This document shows, piece after piece, positions 38,790-48,912 of a DNA stretch of 64,000 nt. The notes under the pieces were generated by a model. The model was given only the letters and a program-made list of their open reading frames with translations. It was not told the DNA's origin and ran no database searches. Position numbers and translations under genes: made by a program. Origin of the DNA: Candidatus Magasanikiibacteriota bacterium (GTDB lineage Bacteria > Patescibacteriota > Patescibacteriia > Magasanikbacterales > 2-02-FULL-50-9b); NCBI GenBank assembly GCA_023246755.1, contig JAHFHU010000003.1:3854-67853 (forward strand), in the 5' to 3' direction. Each line of letters starts with the position of its first letter. Position 1 is the first letter of the stretch.

Positions 38790-39287
38790 TCAATCCTTTG
38801 AATCCGGCGGATTTTCAAACGGTAAATCAAGTGGATTATCGTAGGGGCGTGTTTCGTTGAAGTCAGGATTTTTATTTCTAACTATAGGCAAAGATGGTAA
38901 AGGAGTGTTTGCGCGCGCAAGCTGAACAGCAATTTCGCGTTCCAAGTTCGTCGGTCCCGCAGAATCTTCACGAAGTGTGTCTCGTTGATTTGCGTCATCG
39001 ATAATATTTTTTGCTGCTGTACGCAATCCAAGCACATCGGGAACGAGGTCGTGATTTTTTTGTGAAACCGCTGCACGAAACATCGTCTTGAGTGTTTCCG
39101 TATCAACATGAACAACGCCGTTGACAAGTTTCGTCGGGGCGCCTTGCATTGTTGGGTCACCTTCTTTGAATGGAACAATGACGTTAAGCAGCGACATGAC
39201 CTCGTGCATTGTAGTTTTATGGCTCATGTCTCTACGAAAAGTGTCCGCTAAAATACGCGTTTGATTAAACTCATCTTTTTTCGCCAT
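38790..39287 (-). CDS. Hypothetical protein between smpB and ssrA
   Basis: ATG at 39287 directly after the smpB stop; 165 aa. Confidence 0.55.
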   Translation of the reverse strand: MAKKDEFNQTRILADTFRRDMSHKTTMHEVMSLLNVIVPFKEGDPTMQGAPTKLVNGVVHVDTETLKTMFRAAVSQKNHDLVPDVLGLRTAAKNIIDDANQRDTLREDSAGPTNLEREIAVQLARANTPLPSLPIVRNKNPDFNETRPYDNPLDLPFENPPDSKD

Positions 39288-39291
39288 ATTT

Positions 39292-39741
39292 TTATTGCTT
39301 AAGCTCGCGTCGTGCATCGCGCGCGATGTCGCGTTGTTTTAAAATTTCTTTTTTCTCGTGCGTTTTGCGGCCGCGCGCGATTGCAACTTTCAATTTAATC
39401 AATCGGCCGCGCGTGTAAATTTGAAGTGGCACCAGCGTGAAGCCACGCGTTTCGAACGCATCAAACATTTTCATCAACTCCTTTTTGTTGACGAGCAATC
39501 GGCGTGTGCGATAGGGGTCGTACACGGCGAGTGCGCCGCCCGCCGCTTTTTCATATTTTGGAATAAACGCGTTGATCAAAACGAGTTCACCGCCGACGAT
39601 TTTCACAAACGCACCGCGTAATTTCATCTGCCCCGCGCGTATTGGTTTGACTTCCACGCCGAGCAATTCCAAACCGGCCTCAAATTCATTGAGGACATCA
39701 AAATCACGTCGCGCGGTTTTGTTTTCGGCTAAGGCTGGCAT
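39292..39741 (-). CDS. smpB: SsrA-binding protein
   Basis: AENKTAR..FEAGLELLG.EVK..R.RRLL..KKE..TLVPL..ARG.K..EK. Confidence 0.95.
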   Translation of the reverse strand: MPALAENKTARRDFDVLNEFEAGLELLGVEVKPIRAGQMKLRGAFVKIVGGELVLINAFIPKYEKAAGGALAVYDPYRTRRLLVNKKELMKMFDAFETRGFTLVPLQIYTRGRLIKLKVAIARGRKTHEKKEILKQRDIARDARRELKQ

Positions 39742-39788
39742 AGATAAATCAAAAAGAGTATACTGTATTTACCGCATTTCTCACAACT

Positions 39789-40808
39789 ATGGTCAACCAA
39801 CGCATCACCATCTCAACCGATTCAATCGTGCGTGTTTTTTTAATCGCGCTTGCGCTGTGGCTTGCCTATGCGGTGCGCGGAACACTTTTGCTCGTGCTGA
39901 TTTCCTTTATATTGGCGACCATAATGCAACCGCTCGTTTTGCGCGCGGAACAATATCGCATCCCGCGTTCGGTCAGTGTTTTGACGGTTTACGCTCTCGG
40001 ATTTTTGGTTTTTGCCGCGGTCGGTTGGGCGCTGATGCCGATTTTGTCGCAAGAGGTCACCCAAATCTCTCAAAATTTTGGTGATTATTGGAATAAAGTC
40101 GTCGCAATTTTGCCGCAAGCGCTCGGAAACAACATCAAACAAACGATGCAAACGAATATCACCTCGATTGCCGACGCAGCGCGGAGCGGTCTCGCGTTAA
40201 CCGTCACCGGCCTCGCCTCGACGCTCCACGGATTGATCAGTGTCATCGGTTCGGTGGTGATTATTTTAGTTCTTGCGTTTTACTTTGTTGTTGAAGAGCG
40301 CGCCATTAAAAAGGCGCTTGTTCGAATTTTACCGATCACACACGTGCCGTTTGCTGAACGCATGATCGTCAATTCACAATTTTGGCTCGGCGGTTGGGCG
40401 CGCGGACAAATCATCCTGTCGTTTCTTGTTGGCACGCTCGTGTTCATTTCGCTCACGGTTATCGGCGTTCCTTACGCGTTTGCGCTCGCCGCACTTGCCG
40501 GGCTCGTTGAATTTATTCCGTATGTCGGTCCGATCAGCTCTGCAGTTTTTGGAATTTTTTTTGCGCTCACCATCTCGCCAACAGTCGGGTTGATAACCGC
40601 AATCGCATACTACGTCATTCAGATTCTCGAAAATAATATTTTTATTCCGAAAGTCATGCAAAAAACTGCGGGTGTCAATCCCGTGCTTTCGTTCACCATG
40701 ATTTTGCTCGCATACGAAGCGCTTGGTGTCGTCGGCGTTTTTCTCGGCGTTCCAATCGCGTCGCTCATCATGGCGATCATGGATTCCCTCGAACCGCGCG
40801 CGCATTAA
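39789..40808 (+). CDS. AI-2E family transporter
   Basis: GQIIL, EFIPYVGP, Q.LENNIF.PKVM, LGVP. Confidence 0.92.
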   Translation: MVNQRITISTDSIVRVFLIALALWLAYAVRGTLLLVLISFILATIMQPLVLRAEQYRIPRSVSVLTVYALGFLVFAAVGWALMPILSQEVTQISQNFGDYWNKVVAILPQALGNNIKQTMQTNITSIADAARSGLALTVTGLASTLHGLISVIGSVVIILVLAFYFVVEERAIKKALVRILPITHVPFAERMIVNSQFWLGGWARGQIILSFLVGTLVFISLTVIGVPYAFALAALAGLVEFIPYVGPISSAVFGIFFALTISPTVGLITAIAYYVIQILENNIFIPKVMQKTAGVNPVLSFTMILLAYEALGVVGVFLGVPIASLIMAIMDSLEPRAH

Positions 40809-40809
40809 T

Positions 40810-41349
40810 ATGAATCTCGAAAAAGCCAGAAAACCATTAACAGTGCTCGCGGTGCTCGTCAGCGCAACCGGTCTCGCACTTCTGGTCGATGGCCGAAAAG
40901 TTTTAATCGAAATTTGCGTTGTCGCGCTGGCGCTCACCGTTTTTTTTGTGTGGGCATGGATCCGCGCGTATCAAAATTTTTGGAAAATTCAGCGCGTGAT
41001 GGCCGCATTTTTTTTGTGGAGCGCAACATCTGCCGTGTTTGCGTTCCGCATGCTACATCTTGAATCCTTATATCTCATCATTTTTCTCGGCGCACTCGTC
41101 GCAATTTTTGTGGGATTGCTGTGGAGCCCGGTTCGCTTTCTCGGCGCACTCATCACATTCGAATGGTTTGTAATTTTTTTATTCGCGCCGGCAAGTTACG
41201 CGGTGCTCGGCGCGCTCACGACGACCTTTTCGATCGCAACGATGTGTATGTTTGATGCGACGAATACGCGTCGTGATATCATCAAACAACTGATCGGCGC
41301 CGCGCTCGTCGGCGCGATTTTCATTCTTGCTTTTAAATGGATGCTTTGA
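40810..41349 (+). CDS. Multi-TM hypothetical membrane protein
   Basis: About 6 TM helices; operon context. Confidence 0.65.
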   Translation: MNLEKARKPLTVLAVLVSATGLALLVDGRKVLIEICVVALALTVFFVWAWIRAYQNFWKIQRVMAAFFLWSATSAVFAFRMLHLESLYLIIFLGALVAIFVGLLWSPVRFLGALITFEWFVIFLFAPASYAVLGALTTTFSIATMCMFDATNTRRDIIKQLIGAALVGAIFILAFKWML

Positions 41350-41355
41350 TTTTTT

Positions 41356-42408
41356 ATGACCATCCCTCCACACATTCCTCTCGAAAATGATGCGGCGCGT
41401 GAAATGTTGCGCACGGATCGTTCGCGTTTGATTTTCACCACGATTACGATTGTCGTTGCGGCGCTCAGCGGTTTTATCGCGAGTCTCGTCTACACCGCGT
41501 ATGGCCCGTCAACAGCGCCGATCACCTCAATCCAAACGCGTGTTGAAAAAACAGCGGTCGAAGCAATTGACGAGTCGCGAATAAAAAATACGCAAGAGGC
41601 GATCGCGACGTTCACGGGTGAGAAAACGGATCAGACACTTGCGTATGGTGTTGCGTTGACGGGGGATGGATGGTTTTTGGCGTCTGCCGCCGCGACAAAA
41701 ACGAAACATGCGCTGCTGCATCCACAAACGACGGGCGCGATTGAAAACGTCGTCAATGATCCCGCGTCCGGACTCGTATTCGTCAAAACAAATATTCAGA
41801 ACGCGCGACTCCTCGCGAGCGGCACGCTTGAAAATACGCCGCGCGGCTCGACGTTGTTTATCATTTTGCCGCACACCGCAATTCCCGTTACGTTGCAAGA
41901 CACGCACGTGTGCATAACCGATCGATGCCCAGCTGAGTATGGCGACAAAATTTCGTATGCAGCCGGCATCGTCGAATCGTTGCCACAATTTATGATCGAC
42001 GGCGCGCCGGTTATTTCCGGACAAGGGGATTTAGTTGGGATCGCGACACGCGCGGCGAACAACAGTGCGATCATCATGCCGCTCACGGAAGTGCGTTCGG
42101 TTTTTGCGTCCGTTTTTTCAAAAGGTGTCGCGACGCGCGTCGTGGCTCCGCTTCGCGTGGTTAATTTGACGCGGTGGTCGGTGTTTGACGCGGACAACCA
42201 TTTGCCTGAGCAGGGGATGCTTGTTGAAAGTGCGCCGGCCGCGACGCTGCTCAAAGAGGGCGATGTGATTACCGCGATTGAACATCAGCGCATCGAAGCC
42301 GACACCATGTTGTTTGACCTCGTCAACCAGTTACAATCGCGCGGCGCGGTGTCGATGACTGTTTTGCGCACGGGCGTTTCGATGGACATCGCGGTTCCGT
42401 TAAGGTAA
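41356..42408 (+). CDS. HtrA-like trypsin plus PDZ protein, catalytically degenerate
   Basis: GVALTGDGWFL, GAPVI..GDLVGI, LKEGDVITAI; catalytic His and Ser motifs are absent. Confidence 0.7.
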   Translation: MTIPPHIPLENDAAREMLRTDRSRLIFTTITIVVAALSGFIASLVYTAYGPSTAPITSIQTRVEKTAVEAIDESRIKNTQEAIATFTGEKTDQTLAYGVALTGDGWFLASAAATKTKHALLHPQTTGAIENVVNDPASGLVFVKTNIQNARLLASGTLENTPRGSTLFIILPHTAIPVTLQDTHVCITDRCPAEYGDKISYAAGIVESLPQFMIDGAPVISGQGDLVGIATRAANNSAIIMPLTEVRSVFASVFSKGVATRVVAPLRVVNLTRWSVFDADNHLPEQGMLVESAPAATLLKEGDVITAIEHQRIEADTMLFDLVNQLQSRGAVSMTVLRTGVSMDIAVPLR

Positions 42409-42417
42409 AATATTTTT

Positions 42418-42999
42418 ATGGCACATCGTTCGTTCGGCACCTCAATTTTTTTTGGCATCGTCGTCGGTTTGCTCGCGATGATTCTTGCGCCAATTGTTTC
42501 GCCGCTCAAGTACGGTGCGCAGGCGCGTGTGCTCGTGACCCCACACGCGATCCCCGGCGTTGACCCGTACACGAGCAGCAAGGCCGCGGAACGCATCGCG
42601 CAAAATGTTGCGCAGATTGTTGGGACGAGCGAATTTTTTAATCGGGTGATTTCGGTTTCGGTTGGTGTTGATGGGAATTATTTTCCAAAAGATGAGCTCA
42701 CGCGTCGCAAACTCTGGAATCAGACAATCGAGGCGAGTGTGGTGTACAACACCGGCATCTTGCAAATCACGGCGTATCATCCGGACAAGCAGCAGGCCGA
42801 GGCGATCGCGACCGCGGTCAGCTATGTTTTGACGCAGGCCGGCAACGATTTTGCGGTCAACGCAGCGGATTTTCGGTTGATCGACCGTGCGATTGGGTCA
42901 AAATATCCGAGCAAACCAAATTTCCCTGCGCTCGGCGTCGGCGGCTTTTTGGCAGGCACCGCGCTTTCCTTGCTCTATTTACGACCAAAAAAGCGTTAA
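42418..42999 (+). CDS. Wzz/YveK-like polysaccharide chain-length determinant
   Basis: P.Y.A.ARVLV..ILQITAY..A..IA..P.KPN; two TM helices. Confidence 0.75.
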   Translation: MAHRSFGTSIFFGIVVGLLAMILAPIVSPLKYGAQARVLVTPHAIPGVDPYTSSKAAERIAQNVAQIVGTSEFFNRVISVSVGVDGNYFPKDELTRRKLWNQTIEASVVYNTGILQITAYHPDKQQAEAIATAVSYVLTQAGNDFAVNAADFRLIDRAIGSKYPSKPNFPALGVGGFLAGTALSLLYLRPKKR

Positions 43000-43262
43000 T
43001 TTGGATATAAAACAGTGTTTTTGAGCGGTTTCCTCTGTTGAGTTCTCGTGTCTGATGGGGACTTGACATTTTTTTCGTTATCTGATATGGTGGAGAGTCT
43101 TGAAGTGGCAATTGCAACGCCTGCGCCACCCAAGAGTTCGCGAACCTTCTGGTTTTCGAGCGTTTCAGCAGGCGGTTTACAAACTAGGTAGTTAAAATTG
43201 CATCGACGCGGCCCATGGTGGGTTGTTGCGATGTATCACGCCGAAAGGCAAAGGAAAAGGTC

Positions 43263-44048
43263 ATGAAGAAGGCAAGTGTCAAAAAAACTGCGCAGGTCGC
43301 TATTGAGGGAAAGTGCGATGGCGACGGCAACGGCGCGCCGATTTCGAAGGCAGGGTCGGATGAGGTTGCGGCTCCGGCTGTGGAATGGGTTATGCCGGTC
43401 AAGGTGGCCGACGTTGCTCCAGTCGCGGTCAATCCGGATGCGCAGCCAGCGGTCTTCAACTTCGACGATGGCTTCGCCGATGGCCCCGAGGCAAGGGGAG
43501 CCGCCCAAGAAGCGGAAGTTGCTCGGCGGATCGACGCGGCGCTCAATGATGGTCGCGCGGCTGGTTTGGCCGAAGGTCGGCGTTTGGCGGCTGCCAGCGT
43601 GGAATCGCCGACACCACCCAAGAAAAAGGATGGCGGTGACGATTCTCTTCCTGCTCCGGTGGCGGCGGCTCGTGCCCCAGCGGCTTCGACGCCGAGCGAC
43701 GATGATGGTGGTATGTGGCGCGTTATTGGCGCACTTGCGCTCATTGTGGCGCTGGTGGGTTTGATCTACTACAATTGGCCGAAAGACGGCCATGTGGTTG
43801 GCGGACCGCCACCGGCGCCGACGGCAGTTGCAAAGCCAGCACCGGCAACGGTGCCTGCGACTCCGGCTCCTGTGCCGGCATCCGCACCCGCTCCTTCGCC
43901 GGCGAGCGTTGAGGAAGAATTGGTTCTCGAGCACCTTGAGGTCGACCCGGACACGGGTTCCATCAAGAAGGTCTTGGAGACCAAACGTGGCAGCACTATC
44001 GTGAGCACCGCGGAAACCATCGTCTTCGCACCGAGCTACGCGCCCTAG
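43263..44048 (+). CDS. Ala/Pro-rich single-TM hypothetical protein
   Basis: SD-like AAGGAAAAGG before ATG 43263; own promoter TTGACA at about 43063; long terminator hairpin downstream. Confidence 0.65.
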   Translation: MKKASVKKTAQVAIEGKCDGDGNGAPISKAGSDEVAAPAVEWVMPVKVADVAPVAVNPDAQPAVFNFDDGFADGPEARGAAQEAEVARRIDAALNDGRAAGLAEGRRLAAASVESPTPPKKKDGGDDSLPAPVAAARAPAASTPSDDDGGMWRVIGALALIVALVGLIYYNWPKDGHVVGGPPPAPTAVAKPAPATVPATPAPVPASAPAPSPASVEEELVLEHLEVDPDTGSIKKVLETKRGSTIVSTAETIVFAPSYAP

Positions 44049-44308
44049 TGAAGGTTGGGCGAATCAGGAAGTAGTGGACGGCGGCTGTTGCAACACAGCA
44101 TGCCGCCGTCCACGAAGTTTTTCTAGAACAGTCTTGTGCGCGTTAGGCAACGCTTAATCCGCAAAAGACTGTTCTGGACTGTGTGCCATGTTGGCGCGCG
44201 TTTCAGACAGTGTCCTTTCAAATTAGTTTTCCGGTTCGCGAGGCAAGGCTGCCAAGCAACCATCACCGTCCGCATTCTCGCGGACAAGCTAGGCCCAAGG
44301 AGGGCATC

Positions 44309-45307
44309 ATGAAGAGTTTCTTTTTGGCGGCCATTGCCGCGTTGTTTCTGGTTTCGTTCTCGTTCTCGGCGTTCGCGCAAACGGCTTCGCTGCCAAGTTC
44401 TGCAACGGCTACCATCGGCACTGTCGAACGCATCGTCAACGCCCGCGTGGCGCAGACCGATGCGGCCCTCATTGCCGCCCGCGCCGATGTCGACCGCAAG
44501 GCGGCGGCCGGTCAGCTCCTCATCGTTGCCGATTTCGCTCGCGTTCGCGCGGCGGCGGCGGCGGAGGCAAATGCTCGAGCTGATCGTGATCGAGTGCTGG
44601 GTAGCGACATCGCCAAACTGGCTCGCACTGGCAAGGCGACGCGCGCGCAGCTGACCGCTCTCATCGCAGACGTTAAAAAGATTGACGGTCTCGCGAAGGG
44701 CGACCACGAGCAACTTGGCGTTCTCGCTGGTCAGCTGACCGCTGTGGTTGTGGAGCAGACACGCCACGTCGAGCGAATGAATGGTATCGAAGTGCGGCAG
44801 GGCGTGACGGACCGCAACGTCACGATCGTGAACAGCAAAGTCGACGCGCTCGCTGCCAGTCTGTGGCAGAGCTCGTTCGACATCGGTATCTACTCAGGCC
44901 GCGGCATCGGCACATCGGAGACCGGTTTCAGTCTCGACTACGGCTCGTTGAGCCCGTCGGGAAATGGTTGGATCGCAGGCCTCTCGGTCGGCGCCGGTGA
45001 TCTGTTCAGCAGCCCGCATCCGACTTCGTTCCTCGCGCACGCGGGCGCGCAAGTGACCATGGGCAGCGTGCGCTCGCCGATTTTGTTCAACGCCGGCCTC
45101 TTTGGCGGCGCAGCGAGCAAGTCGTCCTTGTCACGTATGGCTGACACTGGCTTCGCAGTCGGTGGCGAGATCGCGTTGGTTGTGAAGCCGGCGGCGCTCT
45201 CGGGTCTCGGTTTCAAGCTGATGACCCAGCAAGTGTTCGGTCGGTACGAAGGTTTTGGGTTCTACGGAGCCCTGACGTTCGATCCGTCGAAGCTACCCGC
45301 GTTCTAG
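44309..45307 (+). CDS. Secreted coiled-coil protein with a C-terminal beta-barrel-like domain
   Basis: Signal peptide SAFA-Q; Ala-rich coiled coil; alternating Gly/aromatic strands; ends in Phe; SD AAGGAGG. Confidence 0.6.
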   Translation: MKSFFLAAIAALFLVSFSFSAFAQTASLPSSATATIGTVERIVNARVAQTDAALIAARADVDRKAAAGQLLIVADFARVRAAAAAEANARADRDRVLGSDIAKLARTGKATRAQLTALIADVKKIDGLAKGDHEQLGVLAGQLTAVVVEQTRHVERMNGIEVRQGVTDRNVTIVNSKVDALAASLWQSSFDIGIYSGRGIGTSETGFSLDYGSLSPSGNGWIAGLSVGAGDLFSSPHPTSFLAHAGAQVTMGSVRSPILFNAGLFGGAASKSSLSRMADTGFAVGGEIALVVKPAALSGLGFKLMTQQVFGRYEGFGFYGALTFDPSKLPAF

Positions 45308-45425
45308 TAGGTCGCACGCAACTGGTGCGGCCGTCCCTTGGGGCAAGAGTTGAGGAAGTGTGCACGACGTGCATGCGACCAAAAATTCTTGCCCCGAGGT
45401 GAGATTTTTTCCACAGGCACGTTAC

Positions 45426-45676
45426 TTGACAACTGATTCAAGAAGAATGATAATGAACATCCAATTAAGTTCACCTTCTTGAGGACTGAAGTCGTCCGGC
45501 GAAGATCTGTTATGCTCCCTCCTTCATAACAGGTTTCTTGCCGGACGGCTCCAGTCCTTTGGTTATTCCGGACATACCGGAAGAATCAAAGCGGCTGCGG
45601 TTCACACACGCGCGGGGTGGCTGCCTCGTTGCGTTTTCGCCCACAGGGCATACCCCTGCGGGGGAAGGAGACAGCC
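45426..45676 (+). promoter_or_regulatory. Promoter and highly structured 5' leader of about 215 nt
   Basis: TTGACA(45426)-17 nt-GATAAT(45449); hairpin of about 33 bp at 45481-45559; further hairpins up to the RBS. Confidence 0.65.
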
Positions 45677-46810
45677 ATGCGTAAGTTCCTTTCAATCATT
45701 TCAGGTTTCTTTTTCACGGCGGCGTGTCAAGGTGGCGCGTTGACTCATGACAATGGCGGTGAGCAGCAAGCGGCTCCGGCGGCGCAAGCCAACCCGACGA
45801 CCACCGGCCAGCAAGCGGCTCCGACATGCAGCTGTGCCATCAAGAGTCCTGGCGTCTACTGCCAAGTGGAGGGTGGCGGTGCGAATTTGCACTGTGAAGC
45901 CTTCACCGGCGGATGCGATAGCGCCGGTGCCTGCAAGAGCGACCCGGGCGCGAGCAAGTCGAGCGTTTGCCCGACGGGCCAAGTCTGGCAAGGTGCAACG
46001 AGCTGGGCCCCTGCGGCCAACGTGTTTGCATGCGCGGAATCAAAAACCGCTGCAGCGTCGCCAACGACAACGGTCGAGACTGCGTGCAAAGCAACGAGTC
46101 AGTGCCAGAAGGGCCTGAAGTTTTGCAGGTGCGCAGGCGAGATCGGCGGTCAATCGCTGAGCTGCATTACGCAGACCGGCGAGTGCGCCAAAGATGTGAT
46201 CGGCGAGTTCTGTGTCGCAAGTGCGGAAAGCGCAGAGTCGTGCGGTTCCAACATGGCGTGCAAAACGCAAGGCTGGTTACCCCTCGATGAGGCGTGTGTT
46301 CCACAGTGGAAGCCCGCGGTAACAACTGGCTGCAAAGCCAATGGTTGCCCCGCGGGTCAGACCTGCGGCAGCGACGACAAATGTTTCGCGCTGGCGCCGC
46401 CTACCGTGGGCACCGGCATCTGCGAAATCAAGACGCTGAGCGGCCTAGGCTTCACGGCCTATGGCAGCGGTGTTTCGTCCGTCGATGGCGCCGAAGCAGG
46501 TTGGTCTGCAGGCGTTGTCGCTCCGGCAAACGGCAGCGCCAAGTTGAGCGTGGGCAGCGCAAGCTACCTCGCGTTCAACGCCCAACTCAGCACCGGCCTT
46601 TGGGCCTACGGCTGGGACGGCGTATCGGCCAGCAACGCCACGAAGGTCGTAGACAACTGGCAGGTGAGCTGTGGCGGCATCAGTTATGTAAAGTTATTCG
46701 AGGGTCCGCAGCAGCCAAACTGCGCGGCGAACCTTGCTATCGGCAACGCCTGTTACTGGGCTAAGCCAAACACGACCGGCACATATCGTGTCGTCGTGCG
46801 CGTGAAGTAG
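45677..46810 (+). CDS. Cys-rich putative lipoprotein
   Basis: Lipobox-like FTAAC; about 28 Cys; SD AAGGAG. Confidence 0.75.
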   Translation: MRKFLSIISGFFFTAACQGGALTHDNGGEQQAAPAAQANPTTTGQQAAPTCSCAIKSPGVYCQVEGGGANLHCEAFTGGCDSAGACKSDPGASKSSVCPTGQVWQGATSWAPAANVFACAESKTAAASPTTTVETACKATSQCQKGLKFCRCAGEIGGQSLSCITQTGECAKDVIGEFCVASAESAESCGSNMACKTQGWLPLDEACVPQWKPAVTTGCKANGCPAGQTCGSDDKCFALAPPTVGTGICEIKTLSGLGFTAYGSGVSSVDGAEAGWSAGVVAPANGSAKLSVGSASYLAFNAQLSTGLWAYGWDGVSASNATKVVDNWQVSCGGISYVKLFEGPQQPNCAANLAIGNACYWAKPNTTGTYRVVVRVK

Positions 46811-47069
46811 CGAATCGGCGTCCAACCGGATGCCAAGCGGTCATTATCCGTCGGCTGTGACTTTCTCTTCGAGAAGGTTGCAGTCGGCGGTGTTTTATTT
46901 TTATCCACAATTTAGCCAAAAAATGTGTCATTTTGCCTCTTGACAAAATTAGGACTTTCGTGATATTGTGCGCAGTCCGCTCTGTGTTCCCAAGAGTGTG
47001 ACGTCAACGTTGGGGAAACTAAACAGGTTTTTAATGGGCCATTTCGGCCCGCAAAAAAGGAGACCTGCC

Positions 47070-48695
47070 ATGGACAAGATCTTTACGGCGGCCATGGCGG
47101 CCGTCCTCGTTTCTTTCTTCGGTTGTTCGAGCGACATGATCGCACCGGCGAGTAGCGATGCCACGACGGGCGCAGCAGACGCAAAGGCCACTGCGGCAAT
47201 TGAGCAGCCTCCGGGTTGTGATATTGTCAAAAATGGTAGCGACTGCGTGGATTGGATTATTTCCGTCGACGGCCAATGTCACCGGTCCGTTAAATGTCAG
47301 CGCAAGGCTGATGTCGACGGCTCTCCGATTGACAAATGTGTCGTTACCGATAACGGTCAGGTTGGCACGGCGTGCGACGACAGCAATAAATGCACAACGG
47401 GCGACCAATGTGCAAATGTCGGCGCGTGCGTCGGCAAGTCGGTGGACTGCGACGACAAGAACGCGTGCACGACGGACAGTTGCGACAAGGCCAAAGGCTG
47501 CCTGCACGGGACGGTTGACACCGCCTGCAGCGACGGCGATGCGTGCACGTCGGGCGATAAATGCTTGGGCGGCGCGTGCGCCGGTGCCAAGATCGATTGC
47601 GACGACAAGAACGCCTGCACCAGCGACTCATGCGACCCGGCCAAGGGCTGCGTCAACGCTCACAACGCCAACGCGTGCACCGACGACAACGTCTGCACCG
47701 AGGGTGATGTCTGCAAAGATGGCGCCTGTGCGGCCGGCGCGGCGAAAAACTGCGACGACGGCAAGCAATGCGTCGACGATGCGTGCGACCCGATCAAGGG
47801 CTGCGCACACGTCAACGCCAAAGTCGGCGCGGCGTGCGACGACGGGATCGTAAAAACCGTCGGCGACATCTGCGACGGCGGCGGCAAGTGCATCGGCAAA
47901 ACTGCAACGGCCTGTGCGGCCAACGCAGATTGCGCCGGGCTCGAGGTCAACAAGTGTGCCAGCTACGTGTGCGATATCGGTTTGGGGCTGTGCAAGCCGC
48001 AACCCGCCGCGCTGACGGACGACGGCAATCCATGCACTCTCGAGGTGTGCAACCCGGTGGACGGGAGCACATTGCACACGGCGCTCGATGTGTCGTGCGA
48101 CGACAAGAACGTCTGCACGGTGGGCGACCTTTGCAAGAAGGGCGTCTGCACGGCGGGCGGCGCTACGATGCCGTGCGACGACAACAACGCGTGCACCACG
48201 GACAGCTGCGACAACATTGTCGGCGGCTGCGTCCACGCGACCCTCGCGTGCGACGACAAAAATCCGTACACCGACGACAGCTGCGAGCCCAAGTGGGGTT
48301 GTCAGTTTGTCGCGAAGCAAGCGACGGTCGCTTGTGAAGTCCCCAAAGACTTCATGGTCGGATTTGTTTTCACGGATTGTTCCGTTGAGACAAAATTCGG
48401 CAAGGCGGACGCCGCAACCGGAGCAAAGACTTTCGCTAACCCGATGGTTGGCAAGGTTGTGAAGCTCAGCCTCGAGCAGCTCTGCGCTGCGCTCGCGGGC
48501 GGTGCGGTGCTGGTCGTGAAGGCCACGGCGTACATGTCCGACGGCACGCCGATTTCCGGCGGCGGCGAGTTGTCGAGCGTGAGCATGCCCGACGGTAGCA
48601 AGGTTGAGGGTTCGTTCCAAGCGTGGAGCGGTACCGAAGCCGAGCGGATCGTTGGAAAGGCCGACATCGGCACGTTCTGTCCGCCGCTCAAGTAG
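47070..48695 (+). CDS. Cys-rich repeat lipoprotein (CDDxNxCTxDxC repeats, myxobacterial/Dictyostelium type)
   Basis: Lipobox FFGC; repeated CDDKNACTTDSCD units; SD AAGGAG. Confidence 0.85.
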   Translation: MDKIFTAAMAAVLVSFFGCSSDMIAPASSDATTGAADAKATAAIEQPPGCDIVKNGSDCVDWIISVDGQCHRSVKCQRKADVDGSPIDKCVVTDNGQVGTACDDSNKCTTGDQCANVGACVGKSVDCDDKNACTTDSCDKAKGCLHGTVDTACSDGDACTSGDKCLGGACAGAKIDCDDKNACTSDSCDPAKGCVNAHNANACTDDNVCTEGDVCKDGACAAGAAKNCDDGKQCVDDACDPIKGCAHVNAKVGAACDDGIVKTVGDICDGGGKCIGKTATACAANADCAGLEVNKCASYVCDIGLGLCKPQPAALTDDGNPCTLEVCNPVDGSTLHTALDVSCDDKNVCTVGDLCKKGVCTAGGATMPCDDNNACTTDSCDNIVGGCVHATLACDDKNPYTDDSCEPKWGCQFVAKQATVACEVPKDFMVGFVFTDCSVETKFGKADAATGAKTFANPMVGKVVKLSLEQLCAALAGGAVLVVKATAYMSDGTPISGGGELSSVSMPDGSKVEGSFQAWSGTEAERIVGKADIGTFCPPLK

Positions 48696-48912
48696 AGAGG
48701 GTGGGCGAGCAGGTTCAACAAAACCGGGGTGAGTATGAGAAAGTAGTGCGAACGCACGAAATCAAAATACTCACCTCGGGGATATTTTCTCCTGACAATT
48801 TTCCAAATGGGTTGGTCTGTGCGACATGCCGCTCCGTTTGGTGAATGGTCATATCGGCTGTTCACTCCGGTTTACGCCCCCGGTTTCTGGGCTAATTCGT
48901 AAGGAGGTCCTC

